From: Phascolarctobacterium succinatutens CAG:287
GTDB lineage: Bacteria > Bacillota > Negativicutes > Acidaminococcales > Acidaminococcaceae
NCBI RefSeq assembly: GCF_000434895.1
Contig: NZ_FR892810.1
Location: 1,144-65,143, forward strand
Length of the DNA: 64,000 nucleotides
Reading direction: 5' to 3'
Made by a program: the position numbers and the translations under genes. Under the pieces are notes generated by a model. The model was not told where the DNA came from, ran no database searches, and saw only the letters and a list, made by a program, of their open reading frames with translations. Positions 47,219 to 56,800 of this stretch are shown here, piece by piece; positions within the stretch are counted from its first letter, which is position 1, and every line of letters starts with the position of its first letter.

Positions 47219-47641
47219 TTATTTCATTTTTGCAATTACATCACTAGTAACATCAGTACCGCCTTGTGGAACAGCGCGCTTATCTAAAATAGCGCCCAGC
47301 TTTTTCTCATCGGAAACCTGCTTCAGTGCAGTATCCAGGCTGGCCTTCAGTTTATTTTGAGCCTCGCTTTGAATCAGCTTAGCCTTAGCACCATAATCTT
47401 CGGCAACCTTTTTGGCATCATCGCCGGTTTTGCCTGCCATATCCTTATCCATCTGGGTTTTCAGGTCAGTCATTTTTTTAGTAACATCTTCCTGAGTTGT
47501 TTTTACGATAGGAGCTTCAGCTTCAATCTTGCTCATATCAACAGTACCAAAATCAGCATTGCGTCCGCTGCAGCCAAAAGTAAACATAGATGCTGCAATC
47601 ATCAAACCAGCAATAATTTTTTTCATAATTTTTAACCTCAC
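47219..47641 (-). CDS. OmpH/Skp-family periplasmic chaperone lipoprotein (paralog 1)
   Basis: Signal peptide with lipobox (MFTFGCS) and Lys/Asp/Ala-rich helical region of about 130 aa. Lies between lpxD and bamA, like skp/hlpA. Confidence 0.65.
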   Translation of the reverse strand: MRLKIMKKIIAGLMIAASMFTFGCSGRNADFGTVDMSKIEAEAPIVKTTQEDVTKKMTDLKTQMDKDMAGKTGDDAKKVAEDYGAKAKLIQSEAQNKLKASLDTALKQVSDEKKLGAILDKRAVPQGGTDVTSDVIAKMK

Positions 47642-47680
47642 TTAATTATAGCATGAATCAGGCCCGGGCACGTGAACGTA

Positions 47681-48601
47681 TCACGTCTTTTTTAAGGCCT
47701 TGATTATGGCATCGGTAATATCCTCCGCCTTCATATTAACTCTAAACTTATTAAAAACAATAGTATAACCGCGTTCATGCGCCAGCTTCACAGCCTGACT
47801 TTCGATATCCTGATTGATTTGCTTCTTCAAGCTATCATTCTTCTCCTGCTGCTTATCAATTTCTCTGTCGATAACACTCAGCGCATTGTTTAAGGCCTTC
47901 GGTGCCGTATCAAGCATTTCCTTGTCGCGTTCCTCCGGCGATTTGAGCTGCTGCATAGCCTGAGCATGATACTTCTGTGCCATCTCACGCATCCGCTGCT
48001 CAGCCTGCTCTTTATAAGGCAGTACCTTGGCATCAACCAGGCGTCGTTTTTCCGCCTGCAGCTCACCAATCTGCACACCACGCTCCTGCTGCAAATGCTG
48101 CAGCTGCTTTTCAACCGCCTGACGTTCATCAGGCTTCATTTTTACGGTCTCCAGCAGCGCGCGTAAATTAAACAGCTTCAGCTTATAGGCTTCTTCAACC
48201 TCTGTTTTGCGTGCAGCCAGCTTGCTGTCTGCTTCTGCCTCAGCCTGTGCTACAAACTTCTGTAGCTTAGCATTTTCAATCTCCCTCTGTTCTACCATCC
48301 GGGTATTGAAATCAGCCTCCATGAAGCTTTGCTGGCTGAGCTGCCGCAGACTGCGCAGCTTATTCAAGCTGCTTAGCTGCGCCTTGGCCAACTCCTCCTG
48401 CCCCTTGCGCTTGTTCAGCAGATCCTGCAGGATTTTTTCGCCCTGCTCCAGCTTAGTATACTGAGGATGGGCGCTTACCGCCTGCTCCCAGTTGATAACA
48501 GCAATTTTTTCCTGCGGTCCCCGGACATTGGTACTGCATGCCGAAATCAGCAGAGCAGCTGCAATAATAGCACTTATTTTTACCAGCTTGTTCTTCTTCA
48601 T
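47681..48601 (-). CDS. OmpH/Skp-like coiled-coil periplasmic lipoprotein (paralog 2, long)
   Basis: Start set at ATG 48601 (GGAGG RBS), giving MKKNKLVKISAIIAAALLISACS with lipobox. Extensive coiled-coil region (QLQHLQQERGVQIGELQAEKRRL...). Confidence 0.6.
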   Translation of the reverse strand: MKKNKLVKISAIIAAALLISACSTNVRGPQEKIAVINWEQAVSAHPQYTKLEQGEKILQDLLNKRKGQEELAKAQLSSLNKLRSLRQLSQQSFMEADFNTRMVEQREIENAKLQKFVAQAEAEADSKLAARKTEVEEAYKLKLFNLRALLETVKMKPDERQAVEKQLQHLQQERGVQIGELQAEKRRLVDAKVLPYKEQAEQRMREMAQKYHAQAMQQLKSPEERDKEMLDTAPKALNNALSVIDREIDKQQEKNDSLKKQINQDIESQAVKLAHERGYTIVFNKFRVNMKAEDITDAIIKALKKT

Positions 48602-48706
48602 TCCTGCCTCCAATAACATTGCTGTACATCCGTAAATACCGCGATTAAATTGACATTGCGCAAGGCAATCTGCCAACTTCAGAGCAGCAATGCGCTGCAG
48701 AAGCTG

Positions 48707-49192
48707 TTATTTTCCTGCCTGCATAGCCTTGGCAACCTCATCGGTAATATCTACACCGCCGAAAACAACAGTGTTCTTATCTACTACAACTGCCAAACCT
48801 TTTTTGTCAGCAATCTTTTTGATGCTAGCTTCAATTTTCTTCAGTACGGGGTCCATAAGCTCTTTTTGCTTATTAGCCAGACGTTCCTGAGTCTGGGTAT
48901 AGTACTTTCTCTTTTCTGCCTCATTCATGGTTTTGCTTTTCTCATTGAAATCCTTTTGGGCAGATTCGATTTCTTTGTTCATAGCTTCGTTAACTTTGCT
49001 CAAATCCGGGCTTTGTGCTACCAGCATCTGATAGTTAACTACACCGATAGCAGATTCGCTGGAGGCTGCAAAAGCACTCTTGCCAACACCGCTCTGCGTT
49101 ACAGAAAGCGCAAAGCAGCCCAGTACAAAAATGGCTGCAATAAACAAGGAGATCAGTTTTACATTTTTAGGGTTACGCAATTTCTGCATCAT
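48707..49192 (-). CDS. OmpH/Skp-family periplasmic chaperone (paralog 3)
   Basis: Signal peptide, about 160 aa, Skp-like helical tentacle region (NEKSKTMNEAEKRKYYTQTQERLANKQKELMDPVLKKIEASIKKIADKKG) and a C-terminal LAVVVDKNTVVFGG block typical of OmpH. Confidence 0.7.
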   Translation of the reverse strand: MMQKLRNPKNVKLISLFIAAIFVLGCFALSVTQSGVGKSAFAASSESAIGVVNYQMLVAQSPDLSKVNEAMNKEIESAQKDFNEKSKTMNEAEKRKYYTQTQERLANKQKELMDPVLKKIEASIKKIADKKGLAVVVDKNTVVFGGVDITDEVAKAMQAGK

Positions 49193-49342
49193 AATCTAAA
49201 TCCCTACCTTCTTTTCCTCATACAAAAATTCAGAAGCGGCAAGAGCAGAAAACAACAGTAAGCTGCTGTCATCTGCTTCTGTCCCGTCTGTTGCAATAAT
49301 ATATCTTATTATATCAGTCTACGCTCATTCTTTCAAGAATTG

Positions 49343-50614
49343 CTACAGATTTCCTATAAGACGCAGGTAAAATTCCTGCCCGCCATAAATATATTCCGCA
49401 CTTAGGAACTCATGAATACGGTAGCGCACGCCAAATTCGTTACGGTCATCACCGGAAAAATGTTCCGCCCGCAAGCGCCATTTAGGACTCAGGCAATATT
49501 CCAGACGGTAATTGTTGTCACCCATAGGCATACGCCGTACATAGCTCCAGCTGCTCTTGCCCCAATAATGCGTATAACCGGTGCCGAAGCGCCACTGGAC
49601 ATCATCCAGGATAACCTCTGCCTCGCCAAAAATCTCGTCACGCGGCGAAATAAATTTACCAAGATGCGCCTTGCCGGAAAGGTTATCCTTATCACGGCCG
49701 ATATCACCATAGCCTTCAAACCAGATTTTGTAATCATCTGATTCAATCATAATGCTGACACCCAGATCCGCACCCGGGGTGATTTTCACCTGTGGCCGCA
49801 GCTGATAGTTTTTTACCTCCGGTTCAGTCATAAGCTTCTCTAAAAGCTGCTGCTCCAGCTCCTGTCGGTGCCGCTGCACATAAGCCACCGGCAAGCCGCG
49901 CAGCTTGTCGCACTCACCGGCATATTTGTACTTCATCTGCATCAAAAGCACATTGGGAATATCCTCACTGCGCAGCTCATAGCGAATGTCGCGCACCAAC
50001 TGCCCTACGGGATAGATAACAACCTGCACTACAGTGCGTCCGTCCTCCTGCAGCACGTCAACAGCCGGCTTAAATTCAGGCAGCTGTGCCTGCACCTCGC
50101 TGCGTACCAGCTTGCGCAGTACGCCGCCAGCCCAGTCACCTGCATCTACCGAGGCACCGCTGATGGCCTGCTCCAGCTGAGCCTGCAGCGCCGGAATACG
50201 CCGCTCAAGCAAAGCTGCTGTCTGCGGCTCTACGCCGGAAAACTGCAAATCGATAAAGGGCTTTTCGATAACCTTGTTCCAGGGACGTGCATACAAGCAC
50301 ACCTGTGTCGCTTCACCTACATCAAGCTGAACATCAGTCAGCTCGTAGCCGGTAAATACCCTGTCACCGATTTCCGTCAGCAACCTGGCATAATCCTCCC
50401 TGGCTGCAGCAATTTTCACCGCATCCTTATCAAGAAACAGCTGGTCTGCGACCACCTGCATGCTATCGCTCATCTTTTGCAGCAGCAGCTGGCTGGTGCC
50501 ACCGTTTGTATCTATAACCTGCACCTCTACTCTGTTAACCGGTGCAGAAAAAGCATGCTGCAATGGCAAGATGCTTGTCATTGCAGCACAGAACAGAATC
50601 TTATTCAGCTTCAT
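49343..50614 (-). CDS. hypothetical secreted/outer-membrane-associated protein
   Basis: Cleavable signal peptide (MKLNKILFCAAMTSILPLQHAFSA), 423 aa, and a beta-rich C-terminal half with alternating aromatic/hydrophobic residues. Between skp paralogs and bamA. No recognisable motif. Confidence 0.45.
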   Translation of the reverse strand: MKLNKILFCAAMTSILPLQHAFSAPVNRVEVQVIDTNGGTSQLLLQKMSDSMQVVADQLFLDKDAVKIAAAREDYARLLTEIGDRVFTGYELTDVQLDVGEATQVCLYARPWNKVIEKPFIDLQFSGVEPQTAALLERRIPALQAQLEQAISGASVDAGDWAGGVLRKLVRSEVQAQLPEFKPAVDVLQEDGRTVVQVVIYPVGQLVRDIRYELRSEDIPNVLLMQMKYKYAGECDKLRGLPVAYVQRHRQELEQQLLEKLMTEPEVKNYQLRPQVKITPGADLGVSIMIESDDYKIWFEGYGDIGRDKDNLSGKAHLGKFISPRDEIFGEAEVILDDVQWRFGTGYTHYWGKSSWSYVRRMPMGDNNYRLEYCLSPKWRLRAEHFSGDDRNEFGVRYRIHEFLSAEYIYGGQEFYLRLIGNL

Positions 50615-50636
50615 AGCCTAAATATTCTCCGCAAAA

Positions 50637-52526
50637 TCAGAACTGTCCACCAAAGCTGAAGTGGAATTTGCCGCCATCTTCACCATAGCCATAGTCCAGC
50701 TTAACCGGTCCCAAAGGAGAGTTGATACGCAGGCCTACGCCGTAGCTGTTCTTGAGCAGGCCCATATCAAATTCATCCTCATGACGTTTATCCCAGGCAT
50801 AACCGTTATCGGTGAAGAGCACGCCCTGTACCTTCTTGACAATCGGGAAGCGGTATTCCAAAGTAGCCTTCAGCATGCTGTTGCCGCGGAACTGGTCATC
50901 CTCGTAGCCACGCAGGGTATCGCTGCCGCCCATGGTGAAGCGTTGAGACAACGGCATATCGCCGCTGGCATAGCCTACACCCAGGTTCAGTGCCCAAACG
51001 CTTTCGCCGCCTGCACGATAGTAATAGCGCCAATCAGCGGTCCATTTGGTGAAGTCAAAGTCACCGCCCATGCCGCCGGCCCATTCTACGCTGTAGCCGA
51101 TGCGCTTACCTTCATGCGGATCATAGATGTTGTCGCGGGAATCATATACACGGCCGAAGGTAATACTGCGGGTAACACCAAAGTTTTCCTTACGGCGTTC
51201 ACGATAATCTTCAGGCATCCAGTCCTTCTCAAATTTATCACTTTTGTTAAATCCAGGTTCGTAATATTGGTTAGAATCGCCTTCGTAGCCGTCAGCTTCG
51301 CCCTTGTAGATATCATCACGGTTTTTAAGCGTAATGTAGTTACTTACGAACTCATTATGGGTTTTACGGCTGAAGGTAATTTCCTGACCGCGACGCTTTT
51401 TGTCGTAGCGGGCAATTTCGTCACCATCGATATTGTAATCGGCATATTCGTTAGTGATATCATAAAGGTTAATGGTAGCACTGGTTTCCTTGTCGTCCAG
51501 CCAGGGGCGGGTATAGCTGAAGTCATAGTTCTTGTTATCCTCACCGCCGAACTCCCAGCGTACATTAATCTTATCGCCAATACCGCGGAAGTTCTTATCA
51601 CCGATAGAAACCATACCGACAAAGCCGTCAGCATTACTGTAGCCTGCGCCAATGCCAAAGGTACCGGTGTTCATTTCTACTACCGAAATCTCCACCTCAA
51701 CGCCGTTAGGCTCACGGCCAGGGTTCAGCTTGATGTTAACGTCTTCAAAATAGCCCAGGTTATAGACACGCTGCATGCTGCGGCGTGCAGCCTTGGCATT
51801 AAAGGGTTCGCCCTTTTTCAGCTTCATTTCACGGGTAACAACATAATCCTTTGTCTTAACATTACCCTTAACCTTAAAGCCTTCTACGATGCCCTCGTTG
51901 GCAGTAACCTTCAAGGTACCGTCCGGCTCCATATGCACGTCAGTAACACGCGCCAGGATATAGCCGTTGGAACGGTATTCCTCCTCCAGCTTCTGGACGC
52001 ATTTATTGATATCCTTCAGGTTAGCAATCTTACCCTGCTCCAGGTCAAAGAAGCCTGCCACCTTCTGCTTATTCAGCACAGTGTTGCCCTCAACCTCAGT
52101 TTTCTGGTAAACGGGGTTTTCCATCACATGATAGATTACCTGTACGCCTTCCGGAACCAGCTTGAATTCCGGGCGCAGGTCATAGAACCAGCCCATGTCA
52201 TAAATAGCACTCAAATCCTCGCTCAGGCCAGCTTCAGTAAATTGCATGCCAGGCTTGGTTTTCAAAGCAGCAGCAATCTCTGCCTCAGGCACAGTCTTAT
52301 TACCGGCAATAATCTGCTTGGTAATGGTCTTTCCCAAATATGGTGCCAGGCTTGTTTCTTGCTGGCTTTCCGGTGCAGTCTGCGTTACAGAGGTACCAGC
52401 ACCTGCAGCAGGTGTCGGGATTTCTTCGGCGTAAACAGGAGCAGCCAGCAGCATTGCTGCCAGGCCTACTGTCAAAGGCCGCCATAAGTATTGTTTCTTC
52501 AATCGATATTCCTCCTCATGATTCAT
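50637..52526 (-). CDS. bamA: outer membrane protein assembly factor BamA (POTRA domains + Omp85 barrel)
   Basis: Signal peptide, POTRA repeats, 16-strand barrel region with conserved VRGY-like motif (LRGYEDDQFRGNSM) and C-terminal ...HFSFGGQF ending in Phe. Confidence 0.9.
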   Translation of the reverse strand: MNHEEEYRLKKQYLWRPLTVGLAAMLLAAPVYAEEIPTPAAGAGTSVTQTAPESQQETSLAPYLGKTITKQIIAGNKTVPEAEIAAALKTKPGMQFTEAGLSEDLSAIYDMGWFYDLRPEFKLVPEGVQVIYHVMENPVYQKTEVEGNTVLNKQKVAGFFDLEQGKIANLKDINKCVQKLEEEYRSNGYILARVTDVHMEPDGTLKVTANEGIVEGFKVKGNVKTKDYVVTREMKLKKGEPFNAKAARRSMQRVYNLGYFEDVNIKLNPGREPNGVEVEISVVEMNTGTFGIGAGYSNADGFVGMVSIGDKNFRGIGDKINVRWEFGGEDNKNYDFSYTRPWLDDKETSATINLYDITNEYADYNIDGDEIARYDKKRRGQEITFSRKTHNEFVSNYITLKNRDDIYKGEADGYEGDSNQYYEPGFNKSDKFEKDWMPEDYRERRKENFGVTRSITFGRVYDSRDNIYDPHEGKRIGYSVEWAGGMGGDFDFTKWTADWRYYYRAGGESVWALNLGVGYASGDMPLSQRFTMGGSDTLRGYEDDQFRGNSMLKATLEYRFPIVKKVQGVLFTDNGYAWDKRHEDEFDMGLLKNSYGVGLRINSPLGPVKLDYGYGEDGGKFHFSFGGQF

Positions 52527-53014
52527 TTAGAGTCACTCAACTCAACTCGCGCTGACTGCACTAATTTGTGCATATCGGCTTTAGATATAGTAACACGGTC
52601 GGAAGCGCCTTGCTTCTCCCGTACCGGTGTATCCTTAGCAGGCTGTTTCTGTATAGCTGCAGTCTTGGGCACAGAATCCTGTACCGGCATTTTCTGCTCC
52701 GGCTTAACCACGGGTGCTGCCGCAGGCGGCGGCAACACGGCCTGCGCCTTGGCACGGTAATGGTTTCTGGCAAAACACCAGCCGCCAAAACCAGCAGCTA
52801 CTAACAAAAATGCTGCACAGACTGCCAGAACCTGACGGTTCCAGCTCCAGGGGCGGTCCTTTTTCCGACGCAGGTTTTTCAGCTCGGCCTCCGCCAGCAT
52901 CAAATCAAGCTCGCCCCGTATATCCTTATTATCCATAAAGCTTTGCTCCGCCTTATCCAGACTACTTTTTATGCAGCGAATGCGATGGAACAATGTGCGG
53001 CTTGGCTGCGTCAT
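52523..53014 (-). CDS. single-pass membrane protein, possible anti-sigma factor
   Basis: Cytoplasmic N-terminal helix region, one TM segment (VLAVCAAFLLVAAGFGGWCF), Pro/Ala-rich periplasmic tail. Located directly downstream of a sigma-70-family gene; its stop overlaps the bamA start. Confidence 0.35.
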   Translation of the reverse strand: MTQPSRTLFHRIRCIKSSLDKAEQSFMDNKDIRGELDLMLAEAELKNLRRKKDRPWSWNRQVLAVCAAFLLVAAGFGGWCFARNHYRAKAQAVLPPPAAAPVVKPEQKMPVQDSVPKTAAIQKQPAKDTPVREKQGASDRVTISKADMHKLVQSARVELSDSK

Positions 53015-53171
53015 GCTTTTACCCCTTTCTGTACATAATTGTTTTTAATAACTATGTCTTATATAATCAGCTGACGTCCTGTATTTTCACAAGCCATTTA
53101 AGATGATTACAGCAGATTTAGTAAGGCTAACTGGCAATTTCGCTATTTTTCGTCATATATTGACTTATATA

Positions 53172-53807
53172 TTATTCCTTGTTAAATTCATGGATGAAGC
53201 GTGAAAGCATGCCGCGGATGCGACGAACTCCCTGCTTCTGCAGGCGGTAAACATGACCGAGGCTTACATCAATAGCGTCGGCAACTGCCTGCGCCGGCCT
53301 GTCCTCCAGATACATGCCCTGCAGCACCTGCTGCTCCTTCAGCGGCAGGCGGTCCATAGCCTGCGCCACCTTTTCGCAAAGCAGCTGCTGTTCGGCAACC
53401 TCGCTGGGCGAAGCCAGCTCCGAAGGCAACGCATCACTGAGGGTAAAACCATTGGACAATTCACTGTCCAGGTAAAGCATGCCCTTTTCTGAGCTTTTCC
53501 TCAGATAATCCACCATGCTTCCCTTAATGCGATAGGAAGCAAACAGGCTGAAGGCTACCTGCCGCTTGTAATCGTAGCTTTCTGCAGCCTCCAGCAGGCC
53601 AACCATGCCCTCCTGAATCAGCTCCATTGTCTCTGCCTCCGGCAGCCTGAAGCTGGCAGCAATTTTAAAAACTAACGGCTGATAAGCCGTCATCAGGCGT
53701 TGGTGCGCCGCTTCGTCACCGTCAGCATCACGCCGCCAAAGCTCCAGCTCTTCCTCCGGCTCCAGCAGCAAAGTCTTTCTCAGCTCTTCCAAATAGCCTT
53801 GCAGCAT
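53172..53807 (-). CDS. RNA polymerase sigma factor, sigma-70 family (regions 2 and 4)
   Basis: Region 2 (HQRLMTAYQPLVFKIAASFR ... MELIQEGMVGLLEAAESYD) and region 4 HTH (QAVADAIDVSLGHVYRLQKQGVRRIR). Start set at ATG 53807 with a GGGAGGTG RBS. Confidence 0.75.
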   Translation of the reverse strand: MLQGYLEELRKTLLLEPEEELELWRRDADGDEAAHQRLMTAYQPLVFKIAASFRLPEAETMELIQEGMVGLLEAAESYDYKRQVAFSLFASYRIKGSMVDYLRKSSEKGMLYLDSELSNGFTLSDALPSELASPSEVAEQQLLCEKVAQAMDRLPLKEQQVLQGMYLEDRPAQAVADAIDVSLGHVYRLQKQGVRRIRGMLSRFIHEFNKE

Positions 53808-53847
53808 CTGTTCACCTCCCTTCTTATCTACATTTGCACAGCAATGC

Positions 53848-56800
53848 TCAGAACGATATCTTATATTCCAGGCCATACCAATCCTTGGGATCCTTGGCCA
53901 GGTCATAGCTGCGGGAATATGTTATATTCATGTGCTTACTGATATCATACTGTCCGAAAATACTTCTGTCGACAGCATCGAAGCTTGTTGTATAACCAAT
54001 CATAAAGTTATTATTCAGATATTTGCTTACTAGAACATTATACTGGTTTTTCTCGTCTGCCGTCAACTCTTTATTACGGTCATGAACGCTTTCAAAGCCT
54101 ATGCCAGAGCGCGTTTTACCGGTATAAATGCGGAACTGATCCAAGCCCAGTGTCTGCTTGACAAACATTTCTACGTCACCGAGCACCGTCATCTGCAGGC
54201 CAACTGTCATCAGATTTGCCATATCATCACTGGTAACCTCATTGCTGCCGGCACTTTCGCGCTGCAGCGTCAGCATACGCACAATCGTATTTTGCGTCAG
54301 CGGCGGATCACTGGTAAGCTGCAGATCCATTTCGCTTACCGGCCCATTAATCTTCATAAAAATGTTATAACGGCTGAAGCGCGCCGTGCTGTCGAGGCTG
54401 ACATTCGGCAAAAAGCTTCCCGGATCAACCCATACCAGACTGGCATTATTCAGCTTAAAGTCGGTACGTAAATATTTAACAGTGCCCTTATCAGCTTTAA
54501 TCGTACCGTCAATCATTGGGAAGAGCGTGCTGCCCTTGATATCAATACCGCCCTTAAGCCAGATATCATACAGATAGCTGTTATAAAGGTGCACCTTCGG
54601 CCCCAGTATTAGCTTCATATCCAGGCCGATATTGCTGTCCCCCTCGCTCAGCTCGGGAACCGTCGGCATATTAATCAGCACGTCATCCAGACGCAGACTG
54701 CCGCTGATACGCGGGCGGAAGGCCATAGGCGGCGCAGCATTGCCCTTGCGGTTTTTCATATCGGGGTATTTTTCCGGCTGCAGAGTTACGTCACTGGTAA
54801 TCGTACCGGTGAAAATCTTGGAGGCCAGCTGCGCCTTATCTGCCTTGATATGCAGACTGTAGGCTGTATCAGCATCGGTATGCAGTGCATAGCTGCCTTC
54901 GGCACTGAGCATGCCCTTGCCTAACTTAGCAGACAGGTTCTTCAGCTGTACAGTATTACCGTTAAACAGTACGTCCAGATTGATATCATCAAAAACAGTA
55001 TTTATATATTTAACCTTAACACTGCCGCCGGCGATTTTTACCGAACCGAACAGCAGTGGCTCCTCCAGCGTGCCTGCCAAACGGATTTTGCCCTGCGTAT
55101 CGCCTACGCCCCATTCTACCATTTTGGTAAGCGCCGGCAAAATTCCCAAGCGCGCCTTATCCAGGTCCATCACAATGTTCATCTGCGCATCAGGGTTATG
55201 ACGCTGCTTTTTATCACGGAACAGATCCAGCGGAATATCACCGGAAGCACTGACGCCATAAGCATCCTTCGTCGCAATCAGCTGCTGCAGCTTAATGTTA
55301 TCATCTGCCAAAGCCAGCATCGCCGTCATATCGTCTACACTTACGCCTGCAACAGAACCGTTGGCAATTTCCAGCGAAGCAGTTCCCTTGGGATTATCAA
55401 AGCTGCCCTGCACCTGCACCAGCATATCGGTTTCGCCCTTAATTTCCGGCGGATCCTTCATAACTGCCGTAACAATCGCCGGGTTAGCCTTCACTGCTGC
55501 AACCTCGATATCCAGCATTCTTTGCTTAAGATCTACCGAACCGCCGACAGCAATAATTCCTCTATCGCTTACGCCATCCTGCTCCTGCATTTTGACGTTG
55601 TCAAAATGCAGCACGCCGCCCTTATCAATGCGTCCTTCAAAACGCATTTGCGCGTAGTTCAAATCATGGATTTTGACGTTATCAGCAGCAGCTTTAATTT
55701 TTACACCCTCGCCATGGCCTTTGTAGCTGAACAGCAGCTCTCCCTGCATCAGGCCATTGATATCGTAATCCTGGCGCGCCATGCGCAGCAGGCCACCAAT
55801 ATCGCCCCAAAGGTTTTCTACTTTGCCTTCAATAAAGTGCTGAACCAGGTTAATATTAAGATCTGCACTATACAGGCCATAGTTGATTGGATCATCACGA
55901 TAAGGCTGCTTAAAGGAAGCGTTCAGCTTATTCACATCACGACCATTGCTGGCCAGCGTACCCTTGAGCTCCGTCAACGGTTCATCGTTAATCGTTATTC
56001 TGTCACTGCTGACTTCACCATCAAAGAAGGGAGCTGTCAGTGTACCGCTCAGATGTCCCTTGGCATTAACCTTGCCGCCTAAAGCAACTGTTTCGTCACT
56101 AATTGGCAAATGCTCCAGATCTACATTTTGGGCATCCATAACAAAGTTCAGCCTACGGTCGACAGTCATCGTGCCATCCAAGGTAAGACGTCCATAGAAG
56201 GCATCTACTACAAAATCCTGCAAGCGCAGCAGGCCGTCCTCATAAGCATAATGACCGCTGATATTATTAAACAGCTGCTTAGCGGCACTGCCGTCGGACG
56301 CATGCACTTCACCATGAATATAGGGGTGACTGAGGCTGCCCTTTACCTGCATCACATTATCAAGATTACCGGTAACTATATCGGGCTTGCCCACAAGCAC
56401 CATCAGCGGCTCAATGCGCACATTCTTCGTTGTCAGCATAAGGTCCGCCACAGGCTCTGCACCCTGCAGGTTAACTGTACCGTTAAGAATATGCTGTCCC
56501 TGATCCATATGCGCGGTAAAATCCTTAAAGCCCAGGATATTATCCCTCATGCTGATAATGCCATGCGCTTCGTTAAGCTTCTGCGACATAAATTCTGCCT
56601 GCGTCAGCTGTACCATGCCGGAAAACTCTGGTGCATCCAGCGTACCGCCGACATCAAAGCCGGTAGAGCACAGACCACGTCCATCCTGACCGGCTGCTGC
56701 CAGCACAGGATCAATCGGGAAATCGGCCATACGTCCGTGAACAGCCAAAGCGCCATCCTTGGCAACACGTCCTTTGGCAGCCAAGGTACCGCCGCCGTCG

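Noticed and set aside
50661-52487. 608-aa plus-strand ORF antisense to bamA
   Set aside because: It lies entirely within the strongly supported minus-strand bamA. Its composition (I/V/A/N-rich, no motifs) is typical of shadow ORFs in high-coding-density regions. The same applies to the antisense ORFs inside tamB, waaA-lpxK, lpxD, the kds genes and the 22359..23363 ORF opposite the CGNR gene.
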